A DNA stretch of 64,000 nucleotides from a virus (IMGVR_UViG_3300017707_001811:101573-165572); one strand, 5' to 3'; positions 21,508-28,242 are shown, numbered from the stretch's first letter. Numbers and translations: made by a program. The notes: generated by a model not told the origin, from the sequence alone.

Positions 21508-21547
21508 CGGGATGTAGCTCAGTTGGCTTAGAGTACGTGCTTTGGGA
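21508..21547 (+). pseudogene. 5' fragment of a disrupted tRNA (acceptor, D arm and anticodon-arm 5' part)
   Basis: CGGGATG-TA-GCTC-AGTTGGCTTA-GAGT-A-CGTGC-TTTGGGA, with nothing pairing downstream. Confidence 0.45.
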
Positions 21548-21590
21548 GCTCAAAACATGTTTTTTCGACTTTCATGATATTTATTATTAA

Positions 21591-22148
21591 ATGAATATTA
21601 TGGAAATAACTAAATATGTTTTGATAGAAGTTGTAAACACTTCTAAAAGTAAATCAGAAATACTTAAAAAGCTTGAATTGAGTGATAATGGTAGAAATAG
21701 AAATCATTTAAATAAATTAATTTCTGAATTTGGTGTTAGTTTAGATATTTTGAAAAAAAATAAAAGAATTAATACTAAATTTATTGAAAAAGAATGCCCT
21801 GTTTGTGGTAAAATCTTTGAAACTAAAAAAACAGATAGAGAAAAAACAACTTGTTCTTATAGTTGTTCGAACAGTTATTTTAGAAGCGGAGAAAATAATC
21901 CAAATTGGAAAGATGATAGTTACAGAACAACATGTTTTTTATATCATGAGAAGAAATGCGTAGTGTGTGGTGAAGATAAAATAATTGACGTTCATCATTA
22001 TGATGAAAACAAAAAAAATAATAACAAAGAAAATTTAATTCCTCTTTGCCCAACTCATCACATGTATTGGCACTCAAGATATAAAAATTTAATTGAAAAA
22101 ACTGTTAACAACTATAGAGATGATTTCATTAAACGAGTAATGGGCTAA
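21591..22148 (+). CDS. HNH endonuclease
   Basis: CVVCGEDKIIDVHHYDENKK...NLIPLCPTHHMYWH. Confidence 0.7.
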   Translation: MNIMEITKYVLIEVVNTSKSKSEILKKLELSDNGRNRNHLNKLISEFGVSLDILKKNKRINTKFIEKECPVCGKIFETKKTDREKTTCSYSCSNSYFRSGENNPNWKDDSYRTTCFLYHEKKCVVCGEDKIIDVHHYDENKKNNNKENLIPLCPTHHMYWHSRYKNLIEKTVNNYRDDFIKRVMG

Positions 22149-22208
22149 TTGGTAAGCCGCCATATTTGGGATATGGACATCATGTGGGTTCGAGTCCCAC
22201 TTATTCGA
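22134..22208 (+). tRNA. tRNA-Pro(TGG), overlapping the HNH gene stop
   Basis: Acceptor CGAGTAA/TTATTCG, D stem GGCT/AGCC, anticodon arm CCATA-TTTGGGA-TATGG, T arm GTGGG-TTCGAGT-CCCAC. Confidence 0.75.
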
Positions 22209-22211
22209 CAC

Positions 22212-22236
22212 GCAGGTTCGAGTCCTGTCATCCCGA
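22212..22236 (+). pseudogene. 3' fragment of a disrupted tRNA (T arm, acceptor 3' strand and discriminator)
   Basis: GCAGG-TTCGAGT-CCTGT-CATCCCG-A; CATCCCG is perfectly complementary to the CGGGATG of the 5' fragment at 21508. Confidence 0.45.
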
Positions 22237-22284
22237 CGATTAAAATTATTTTACATTTTAATCAAAATTGAATATATTTGTACT

Positions 22285-22701
22285 ATGAAACATAGTATGG
22301 AAAATGGCGATAAGTCTAGAAATGGGAATCAATTAGAGTCCTATTTCATGGAAAAAACTGGATTAAAAAAAATTCAGAAGAAAGAAAAGCCTTTTTTTAC
22401 TAATAGCCATGGTAAAAAACAAATTATTGATTTTGATTTTTATGTTAAAATTAATGATGACGATGTTTACATTGATTTAACAACAACTTATAGAAGTGAT
22501 AGGTTAAAACAAAAAGCATATAATGCTTTAATGTATAAATCAAAGATTAACAAACCTTGTAAATTTTATATGGGTGTTGGTAAATTAGTTGAACATGGAA
22601 AGAAAAAAAATCCTGTGTTAATTGAAGGTATTGATGGAGTATTAACAGTTGAGGATTTAGTACAAATGATTTCTAAAAGGTCAGATACTCAAGTGGTTTA
22701 A
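22285..22701 (+). CDS. hypothetical protein
   Basis: ORF starting 4 nt after the TATATTTG -7 box at 22273-22280. Confidence 0.4.
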   Translation: MKHSMENGDKSRNGNQLESYFMEKTGLKKIQKKEKPFFTNSHGKKQIIDFDFYVKINDDDVYIDLTTTYRSDRLKQKAYNALMYKSKINKPCKFYMGVGKLVEHGKKKNPVLIEGIDGVLTVEDLVQMISKRSDTQVV

Positions 22702-22752
22702 GGGGCCTGTCTGCAAAATAGGTATTCGTCGGTTCGAATCCGACTCTGACCT
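22679..22752 (+). tRNA. tRNA-Cys(GCA)
   Basis: Acceptor GGTCAGA/TCTGACC, anticodon arm CCTGT-CTGCAAA-ATAGG, T arm GTCGG-TTCGAAT-CCGAC, discriminator T. Confidence 0.75.
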
Positions 22753-22827
22753 CAAAAAAAAATAAAAAATTTCTTTGAAATTAAAAAAATAGACGTATCT
22801 TTGTACTCACAAATAAACAATAAAAAT

Positions 22828-23577
22828 ATGATTACACTCCAAGAACTCCAATCAGTAGTACCTTCAGTATTCAACACTCAAAAAGCTCAGAAGCTTTCTG
22901 ACAAGTACACAGTTGTTCCAACCATTGACGTAGTAAATCAATTTATGCAAGCAGGGTGGGAAGTGTCAAGTGCAAAACAAGTAGGGTCAGGTGTATACGG
23001 CAAACACTCAGTTCGTCTCCGTAACTCTGAACTCCCAAAGGTAGGTGATTCTCTACTTGAGGCTATCATCACTAACTCTCACGATGGTCGTACCAAACTC
23101 CAAGTAGGAGCAGGGTTGTACCGATTGGTGTGTTCTAATGGTCTTGTAGTACCAATGCAAGAAATGGTTAACATTAACCAGCGTCACATGAACATTCAGA
23201 TGGATGAAGTGAATCAAATCACAGAGAAGTTCATTCAGATATCACCAATCATTGAACGTTCAGTTAATAAAATGATTGACGTTAAAATGGATACTGAAAA
23301 GAAAATTGATTTTGTAACCAAGGCGGTTGGAATTCGTTGGAAAAATACCGAAGACATCTCAAGTATGACTCTTGAGACGATTATCGAACCTCTTCGTGGT
23401 GATGATAACAACGATACACTTTGGCATACTTTCAATGTAGTACAGGAGAAGTTGATTAGAGGTGGATTTGTAAAATCACAAGGTAAAAATGTGAGAACAG
23501 TCAAAGGGATTACTTCCCTAAATATGGACACAATGATTAATACAAAATTGTGGGAATTGGCTGAAACATACATTTAA
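22828..23577 (+). CDS. hypothetical protein
   Basis: ORF; -7 box TATCTTTG at 22797-22804. Confidence 0.45.
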   Translation: MITLQELQSVVPSVFNTQKAQKLSDKYTVVPTIDVVNQFMQAGWEVSSAKQVGSGVYGKHSVRLRNSELPKVGDSLLEAIITNSHDGRTKLQVGAGLYRLVCSNGLVVPMQEMVNINQRHMNIQMDEVNQITEKFIQISPIIERSVNKMIDVKMDTEKKIDFVTKAVGIRWKNTEDISSMTLETIIEPLRGDDNNDTLWHTFNVVQEKLIRGGFVKSQGKNVRTVKGITSLNMDTMINTKLWELAETYI

Positions 23578-23600
23578 TCTTTATGATTGATGTTTACAAA

Positions 23601-23629
23601 TGGTACCTCAAAAAGGTACCATTTTTATT
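23601..23629 (+). terminator. intrinsic terminator
   Basis: GGTACC-TCAAAAA-GGTACC followed by ATTTTTATTT. Confidence 0.7.
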
Positions 23630-23630
23630 T

Positions 23631-23702
23631 GGTGATGTAGCTCAGAGGTGGAGCATCTGACTGTTAATCAGAGGGTCGGGATTTCGAAATTCCCCATCAC
23701 CG
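23631..23702 (+). tRNA. tRNA-Asn(GTT)
   Basis: Acceptor GGTGATG/CATCACC, D stem GCTC/GAGC, anticodon arm TCTGA-CTGTTAA-TCAGA. Confidence 0.8.
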
Positions 23703-23713
23703 CAAAATTTAAT

Positions 23714-23789
23714 GACTTCGTAGCTCAGCTGGTTTTAGAGCATCGCACTTTTAATGCGAGGGTCATGGGTTCGAGTCCCATCGGGGTCA
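23714..23789 (+). tRNA. tRNA-Lys(TTT)
   Basis: D stem GCTC/GAGC, anticodon arm TCGCA-CTTTTAA-TGCGA, T arm ATGGG-TTCGAGT-CCCAT. Confidence 0.8.
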
Positions 23790-23799
23790 CTTTTTATAC

Positions 23800-23883
23800 A
23801 CGTCAGTGGCTGAACGGCTTAGGCAACGGTCTCCAAAACCGTGAACATTATGTTCTACGTAGGTTCGAATCCTACCTGGCGTG
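23800..23883 (+). tRNA. class-II (long variable arm) tRNA with apparent anticodon CCA
   Basis: Acceptor ACGTCAG/CTGGCGT, Ser-like D region, anticodon arm ACGGT-CTCCAAA-ACCGT, variable hairpin GAACA-TTA-TGTTC, T arm GTAGG-TTCGAAT-CCTAC, discriminator G. Confidence 0.5.
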
Positions 23884-23890
23884 CTAATAT

Positions 23891-23965
23891 TCTCAGATAG
23901 CTCAGTTGGTTTAGAGCACTTGTCTGATACACAAGAGGTCGTGGGTTCGAGTCCCACTCTGAGAA
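23891..23965 (+). tRNA. tRNA-Ile(GAT)
   Basis: Acceptor TCTCAGA/TCTGAGA, anticodon arm CTTGT-CTGATAC-ACAAG, T arm GTGGG-TTCGAGT-CCCAC. Confidence 0.8.
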
Positions 23966-23974
23966 CTTAAAAAT

Positions 23975-24049
23975 GGGGGCGCATGTACCAAGGCTTGGCG
24001 AGAAACACTTGCAATGTTTCTGTGGAGGTTTCGATTATCTCCGTCTCCA
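23975..24049 (+). tRNA. tRNA-Ala(TGC)-like with aberrant D arm (possible pseudogene)
   Basis: Strong anticodon arm GAAACA-CTTGCAA-TGTTTC and T arm GAGGT-TTCGATT-ATCTC; acceptor GGGGGCG/CGTCTCC has 2 GU pairs; no regular D stem. Confidence 0.4.
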
Positions 24050-24057
24050 CTAAATTC

Positions 24058-24130
24058 GCTCCAGTAACTCAGTGGTGAGAGTGTCACTCTTATAAGGTGA
24101 AAGTCGTCAGTTCAATTCTGACCTGGAGTA
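24058..24130 (+). tRNA. tRNA-Ile(TAT)
   Basis: Acceptor GCTCCAG/CTGGAGT, D stem ACTC/GAGT, anticodon arm TCACT-CTTATAA-GGTGA, T arm GTCAG-TTCAATT-CTGAC. Confidence 0.65.
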
Positions 24131-24136
24131 CTATAT

Positions 24137-24210
24137 GGCCCCTTAGCTCAGTGGTAGAGAGCGATTGTATTACAAACAATAGGTCGTGTGTTCGATTCAC
24201 ACAGGGGCTA
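24137..24210 (+). tRNA. tRNA-Val(TAC)
   Basis: Anticodon arm ATTGT-ATTACAA-ACAAT, T arm GTGTG-TTCGATT-CACAC. Confidence 0.8.
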
Positions 24211-24216
24211 CTCTAA

Positions 24217-24288
24217 CCCGATGTAATTCAGTGGTAGAATACTTGATTCATATCCAAGCAGTCGGTGGTTCAATTCCACCCATCGGGA
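24217..24288 (+). tRNA. tRNA-Met(CAT) (elongator or Ile2-type)
   Basis: Acceptor CCCGATG/CATCGGG, D stem ATTC/GAAT, anticodon loop TTCATAT with A31-C39 mismatch, T arm GGTGG-TTCAATT-CCACC. Confidence 0.7.
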
Positions 24289-24343
24289 CAAAAAATATTT
24301 GGTGATACAATAATCTAATTGTATATTTGTACTTAAATTATAT

Positions 24344-24419
24344 GGGGTGATAGCGCAGGTGGTCAGTTCGCGTCGGTCTGAAAAACCGAAGATGTGTGGT
24401 TCAACTCCCACTCACCCCA
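24344..24419 (+). tRNA. tRNA-Phe(GAA)
   Basis: Acceptor GGGGTGA/TCACCCC, anticodon arm TCGGT-CTGAAAA-ACCGA; T stem only 4 bp with an 8-nt loop. Confidence 0.65.
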
Positions 24420-24576
24420 CGAGGTCCTGAATTAACAGGACAACCCCCACCTCCGATATGGCAGTCGGTCCGTTAATCCGATGAAGATGGGGTTTTTGAA
24501 AAGTGTCTCGGTAAGCTCTGACGAAAGTCAACTACGAGGTCTCGGTGGACAGAAGGCCTCTGATTCCACCCAAAAT

Positions 24577-24648
24577 GCGGGTATAGTATAATGGTTATTA
24601 TGATAGCCTTCCAAGCCTTAGATGTCAGTTCGATTCTGACTACCCGCT
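24577..24648 (+). pseudogene. tRNA-Gly(TCC)-like with unpaired anticodon stem
   Basis: Acceptor GCGGGTA/TACCCGC perfect, T arm GTCAG-TTCGATT-CTGAC, loop CTTCCAA as in T4-type tRNA-Gly, but flanking ATAGC/GCCTT do not pair (tandem AGCCTT-CCA-AGCCTT). Confidence 0.4.
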
Positions 24649-24655
24649 CTTTTTT

Positions 24656-24729
24656 GGGACATTAGTAGAGTTGGTCACAATGCCACCCTGTCACGGTGGA
24701 GGTCACGGGTTCGAATCCCGTATGTCCCG
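24656..24729 (+). tRNA. tRNA-Asp(GTC), CCA encoded
   Basis: Acceptor GGGACAT/ATGTCCC, anticodon arm CCACC-CTGTCAC-GGTGG, T arm ACGGG-TTCGAAT-CCCGT, then G-CCA. Confidence 0.75.
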
Positions 24730-24791
24730 CCAAAAGAGGAACGACTCAGTGTAGGAGCCTCAGGGGACTGCAGCCCCACTACACTCTATAT

Positions 24792-24862
24792 TGTCCTGTA
24801 GTGAAATGGCATCACTCGACTTTTTGGCAGTCGCATTTCTGGTTCGAGTCCAGACGGGATAA
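24792..24862 (+). tRNA. tRNA-Gln(TTG)
   Basis: Acceptor TGTCCTG/CGGGATA (2 GU), D stem GTGA/TCAC, anticodon arm CGACT-TTTTGGC-AGTCG, T arm TCTGG-TTCGAGT-CCAGA. Confidence 0.7.
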
Positions 24863-24878
24863 CTAAAAAATTAAAACT

Positions 24879-25274
24879 ATGTTAAAAGAAAGAATCAATG
24901 CCGACTTTATGTCCGCATTTAAAAACAAGGAAACTGAAAAGAAAAACTTTTTGGGTGTGGTTAAGGGTGAGATTCAGAATGAGGAAGGTCGCTCTGGTGT
25001 TGCTAACGATGATGTGGTTGTTGCGATTTTGAGAAAGATGGAAAAATCTTTAACTCAAACTGGAACACCTGAAGCATTAAAGGAATTGGAATATATCAAA
25101 CCATATCTTCCATCTCAAATGGGTTCAGATAAAATCCGTGAAATTATCTCAAACTATAAAACCAATGGTCTAACCAATGTCGGTCAGATTATGGGTGAGT
25201 TCAACAAGAACTTCAAAGGTCAAGCAGATAACAAAATCGTATCAGAAATCGCAAAAGAAGTTTTGGCAGGTTAA
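24879..25274 (+). CDS. GatB/YqeY-domain protein
   Basis: Co-linear with E. coli YqeY (MLKERINADFMSAFKNKE...AILRKMEKS...KPYLPSQM...NFKGQADNKIVSEIAKEVL). Confidence 0.75.
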   Translation: MLKERINADFMSAFKNKETEKKNFLGVVKGEIQNEEGRSGVANDDVVVAILRKMEKSLTQTGTPEALKELEYIKPYLPSQMGSDKIREIISNYKTNGLTNVGQIMGEFNKNFKGQADNKIVSEIAKEVLAG

Positions 25275-25297
25275 AAAATCTGCCATACTTTTGTATT

Positions 25298-25720
25298 ATG
25301 GAAAAAGAATTTGTCACATATGAGATTGGTTTAGAACTCAAGAATCTTGGGTTTAACGAACGTTGTTATGGATGTTTCAGTCATTTGGACAACAAGGAGT
25401 TATGGACAAGTAGGGTATACACCAACGGAGTATCTGAAAATATTGCGGCACCAATCTTCTCACAGGTATTCGGATGGTTTGAAGATAATTATTCATATTT
25501 TGTGGATATTAGAACTGACACCACACCAAATGAGATTTTGGGATTTGACTATACGATTAAGAGTTGGAAGTTTCCACCAATGTATTTTGATTTCTTCAAT
25601 GATAAGAGAGAAGGAAACATTGAGGTCATCAAGAAGATGATTAAAATGGCGAATAAAGAAAAACAAAAGGAGGCTCTTATTGATTTAATTAATTTGGATA
25701 ATGACGATAAAGATAAATAA
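25298..25720 (+). CDS. hypothetical protein
   Basis: ORF starting 4 nt after the TACTTTTG -7 box at 25286-25293. Confidence 0.4.
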   Translation: MEKEFVTYEIGLELKNLGFNERCYGCFSHLDNKELWTSRVYTNGVSENIAAPIFSQVFGWFEDNYSYFVDIRTDTTPNEILGFDYTIKSWKFPPMYFDFFNDKREGNIEVIKKMIKMANKEKQKEALIDLINLDNDDKDK

Positions 25721-26024
25721 TATGACACAGAAACAACAAGACGCAATTGATAATATAATGGACAACTTCAAGTTTGAACAAGTCCGAAAAGTAATGGAAC
25801 TATTGGATTGGGAATGGGCGGGAACTGAAGAAGGTGTTCCAACCATTCCTGAATTGAGACGAGAAGCAAGACGACTATTAAAAATGTCGTTTGAAGAAAA
25901 AACAAACGTATCAACAGGTGGATTCCACGTAATGTACGAATCAAATGATGACGGAGAGTTTATTCAATTGATGTTTGCGGTTGAAGAATGGTATGAAGAA
26001 ATAGAAGAATATTTGGAAGAATAA
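25701..26024 (+). CDS. hypothetical acidic protein
   Basis: ORF only. Confidence 0.4.
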   Translation: MTIKINNMTQKQQDAIDNIMDNFKFEQVRKVMELLDWEWAGTEEGVPTIPELRREARRLLKMSFEEKTNVSTGGFHVMYESNDDGEFIQLMFAVEEWYEEIEEYLEE

Positions 26025-26035
26025 GAAAGTTGTTA

Positions 26036-26043
26036 TATCTTTG
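26036..26043 (+). promoter_or_regulatory. TATCTTTG -7 box with no ORF downstream; likely promoter of an ncRNA starting near 26050
   Basis: Same motif as upstream of more than 15 genes; followed by 500 nt without an ORF. Confidence 0.5.
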
Positions 26044-26047
26044 TTGA

Positions 26048-26439
26048 AGTTCTTTGAAATTAGGAAATTAAAGTGTTTAACGGCAGATTTTGATATAAGT
26101 GTTAGAGAGGATAAAAATCTATGAAACTTATAAGACAATTAGGAAGAGTTATCTTTACGTTGGGAGCTAAAAGTGGAGATAATAAAGTATCTATAACCGT
26201 TAAACCTTTTAAAATATTGATAGTGGTTTTCCCCACTCAACGGATGTCGACAATCTAGATTGGAATCGGAATTCATCACCATCAGCCGAGGCCTCGTAAA
26301 ACTACGATTAAGCTGTTAAGATTGGGACGAGACGGGTATCCCAACACTGTCAACAATATTGTGTTGTTCCCTTGAGAAAGGAAGATTGCGGAGATGAACA
26401 GTAAGCTCACAACACAGAGGACTTCTCATCCTCAAACAT
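26048..26439 (+). ncRNA. structured ORF-free RNA region upstream of the tRNA-mimic element
   Basis: Numerous short perfect hairpins (CGAGGCCTCG, GGGA..TCCC, CAACA-ATATTG-TGTTG, GAGGA-CTTCTCA-TCCTC); no ORF. Confidence 0.4.
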
Positions 26440-26537
26440 AGTCAGGTGGCGGAATTGGCGCCAAAGTTAAGGTGTGTTAAGGCGTGACCCGTTGAGGACC
26501 ATCCAATGACTTACAGGTTCGAATCCTGTCCTGACTT
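26440..26537 (+). ncRNA. tRNA-mimic/Y-RNA-like element copy 1 (98 nt)
   Basis: 5' AGTCAGG-TGGCGGAA...ACAGG-TTCGAAT-CCTGT-CCTGACT 3': perfect 7-bp terminal helix plus canonical T arm, but no resolvable anticodon arm. Confidence 0.5.
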
Positions 26538-26552
26538 CTAAATTTAAAAGAT

Positions 26553-26777
26553 ATGAATAGAACACTTGAAGAAATTGTGAAAACACCAGAATTAACTGAC
26601 GGTACTGAAGTCACATTCAGAGTTGTAAATGAAACTTTCAATGGTAAAATTGTAGGTAAATCATCCGATGGATTGATGCCGTATTACATCGTTGAATGTA
26701 CTGATGGGTCATTTCCAAATGAAATGTATAAGTATAAATTCTTATCTTTACCACTTAGTGAAATATTTGTTAAGTGA
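26553..26777 (+). CDS. hypothetical small protein
   Basis: 74-aa ORF between the two tRNA-mimic copies. Confidence 0.3.
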   Translation: MNRTLEEIVKTPELTDGTEVTFRVVNETFNGKIVGKSSDGLMPYYIVECTDGSFPNEMYKYKFLSLPLSEIFVK

Positions 26778-26785
26778 TAAAAAAT

Positions 26786-26866
26786 AGTCAGGTGGCGGAA
26801 ATAGTATCTCTATAATATACTTGATGAGGTATGAGGTTGACTCAGTATTAGTTCCTATCCTGACTA
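26786..26866 (+). ncRNA. tRNA-mimic/Y-RNA-like element copy 2 (81 nt, no T arm)
   Basis: Same 17-nt 5' end ATAGTCAGGTGGCGGAA and 3' end CCTATCCTGACT as copy 1, with an unrelated interior. Confidence 0.4.
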
Positions 26867-27078
26867 CAATGAGTAAGAGGTACTCAGAGTCTTCGAATCA
26901 AGACTTAAAGAATGATTCCGCAGAATGTCTACGGCGTGAGTGGGACATCGTGGGATAAAGGGATAGACACATTCCCTCCCAGTAGTGTTGGATGTTTTTA
27001 ACGGGGATGCCCAGCAGGTTTTTAAGAAATAGAAAACCGATATGACTACTCATTTGTAATCTCAGGATGGGGAAAGCA

Positions 27079-27142
27079 AGGGCTCCCTTAATAGCTGTGG
27101 CTGACCACGGGCGTTGCTTGTTCCGTTATATAGGGGGCGAAG
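27079..27142 (+). repeat. conserved RNA-like module, copy B
   Basis: GGCTCCCTTAATAGCTGTGGCTGACC, then 25 nt, then AGGGGGCGAAGA; paralogous to 13551-13620. Confidence 0.6.
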
Positions 27143-27191
27143 ACGGAACTTTTTAGTAATTATTTATAGGTATTTATAAATAAAATAGAAT

Positions 27192-27650
27192 ATGAAAATT
27201 ACTAAAATTGGAAAAAAAGGTTTGGAATTAATTAAATCTTTTGAAGGTTTAAAATTAAAACCTTATTTGTGTGATGCGGGAGTGCCAACAATTGGTTTTG
27301 GAAATACTTTTTATGAAAATGGTAAAAAGGTCACATTAAATGACCAAGTGATTACTGAACAAAGAGCAGTTGAATTACTTGAATATTCATTATTAAAGTT
27401 TGAACAATATGTTGATTCATATTGTCGTGATGATATAAACCAAAATCAATTCGATGCATTAGTTAGTTTTTGTTATAATTTAGGACCTGTTAATTTAAAA
27501 AATAGTACTTTATTGAAAAAAGTTAATAAAAACCCTAATGATATAACAATTAGAAATGAGTTTATGAAGTGGAATAAAGCAGGCGGAAGAGCTTTGAAAG
27601 GATTAACTAAAAGAAGAACCGCTGAAGCTGATTTATACTTCAGTAAATAG
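27192..27650 (+). CDS. endolysin, GH24 lysozyme (T4 e / lambda R family)
   Basis: GLELIKSFEGLKLKPYLCDAGVPTIGFGNT catalytic region. Confidence 0.85.
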   Translation: MKITKIGKKGLELIKSFEGLKLKPYLCDAGVPTIGFGNTFYENGKKVTLNDQVITEQRAVELLEYSLLKFEQYVDSYCRDDINQNQFDALVSFCYNLGPVNLKNSTLLKKVNKNPNDITIRNEFMKWNKAGGRALKGLTKRRTAEADLYFSK

Positions 27651-27734
27651 AGGTGGTCCGAATGGACGAGGAGCTTGTCTTGAAAACAAGTAGGTCGGTA
27701 ACACGATTTGGGGGTTCGATTCCCTTCGCCTCTG
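27649..27734 (+). tRNA. tRNA-Ser(TGA)
   Basis: Acceptor AGAGGTG/CGCCTCT, anticodon arm CTTGT-CTTGAAA-ACAAG, long variable arm, discriminator G. Confidence 0.7.
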
Positions 27735-27746
27735 CTAAAATTAAAT

Positions 27747-27823
27747 ACCCCTTTGGCGGAACGGTAGACGCGCATCACTTAGGATGATGTCTTAGGGTGA
27801 GAGTTCGAGTCTCTCAGGGGGTA
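27747..27823 (+). tRNA. tRNA-Leu(TAG) with a short (9-nt) variable region
   Basis: Acceptor ACCCCTT/AGGGGGT, D stem GCG/CGC, anticodon arm CATCA-CTTAGGA-TGATG, T arm GAGAG-TTCGAGT-CTCTC. Confidence 0.6.
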
Positions 27824-27832
27824 CAAACTTCA

Positions 27833-27877
27833 ATAGGAGTACCTGTTCTAGGGATGTCGCAATCCCCCTATTGATTA
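27833..27877 (+). ncRNA. 45-nt hairpin with 7-bp closing helix (minihelix)
   Basis: TCAATAG...AGGGAT-GTCGCA-ATCCCC-CTATTGA. Confidence 0.3.
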
Positions 27878-27880
27878 AAA

Positions 27881-27966
27881 ACCACTGTTGTAAGTTACGT
27901 TGGAACGGACGAACAGGAGGGTGACCGATACGTAAGGTCTTTGGGGTTCAAATCCCACCAGTGGTC
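27881..27966 (+). tRNA. tRNA-like, class-II length (86 nt), anticodon unresolved
   Basis: Acceptor ACCACTG/CAGTGGT perfect and T loop TTCAAAT present; T stem only 3 bp and no clear anticodon arm. Confidence 0.35.
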
Positions 27967-28068
27967 AAAACACATAAACTCAAGTACCCATACCGATGAC
28001 TGTGGGATAAGTAAGATACAATTTCGTACTGCGGGAAGTAGAATGCTTGAGAGTGTGTTTATTATATG

Positions 28069-28142
28069 GTGTCTATAGTGTTAGCGGTCTAGCACGAAGG
28101 GTTGTGGTTCCTTTAGCACCAGTTCGAATCTGGTTAGACACA
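28069..28142 (+). tRNA. tRNA-His(GTG), G-1 and CCA encoded
   Basis: Acceptor GTGTCTA/TAGACAC preceded by G, anticodon arm AAGGG-TTGTGGT-TCCTT, T arm ACCAG-TTCGAAT-CTGGT, then A-CCA. Confidence 0.75.
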
Positions 28143-28149
28143 CCATTAT

Positions 28150-28237
28150 GGAGAGTGAGAGAGGGAAATGGTTTCCCCGACTGTCTGCTAAACAGTAACC
28201 CATTAAGTTGGGTGTGGTTCGATTCCACCATTCTCCG
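28150..28237 (+). tRNA. tRNA-Ser(GCT)
   Basis: Acceptor GGAGAGT/ATTCTCC, anticodon arm ACTGT-CTGCTAA-ACAGT, variable hairpin CCCA-TTAAGT-TGGG, discriminator G; D region oversized. Confidence 0.65.
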
Positions 28238-28242
28238 CTTTT

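Noticed and set aside
21508-22236. Group I intron interpretation of the split tRNA.
   Set aside because: The 3' remnant lacks the anticodon-stem 3' strand and variable loop expected for an anticodon-loop intron. The interval contains a complete tRNA-Pro. No P7/P3 core was recognisable.
26285-26325. tmRNA-like similarity: GGCCTCGTAAAACTACGATTAAGCTGTTAAG resembles E. coli ssrA GGCCTCGTAAAAA...GAAAACTACGCTTTAGCAGCTTAA (resume/tag region), and a tRNA-like 3' end lies 200 nt downstream.
   Set aside because: No in-frame tag ORF (a TAA stop sits immediately before the AAC-TAC codons). The tRNA-like domain is a self-contained 98-nt element rather than pairing 5' and 3' ends of a roughly 350-nt molecule. 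No pseudoknot series is recognisable. The similarity is short enough to be chance.
26822-26850. Hammerhead-like CTTGATGAGG core in Y-like copy 2.
   Set aside because: No downstream CGAAAC or flanking helices I-III.
27064-27084. RNase P RNA P4-like sequence GGGGAAAGCAAGGGCTCCC (compare GGAAAGTCCGGGCTCC); a weaker echo at 43240.
   Set aside because: The other universally conserved RNase P segments (AGGGTGAAA.GGTG, ACAGAACCCGGCTTA) are absent from both regions.
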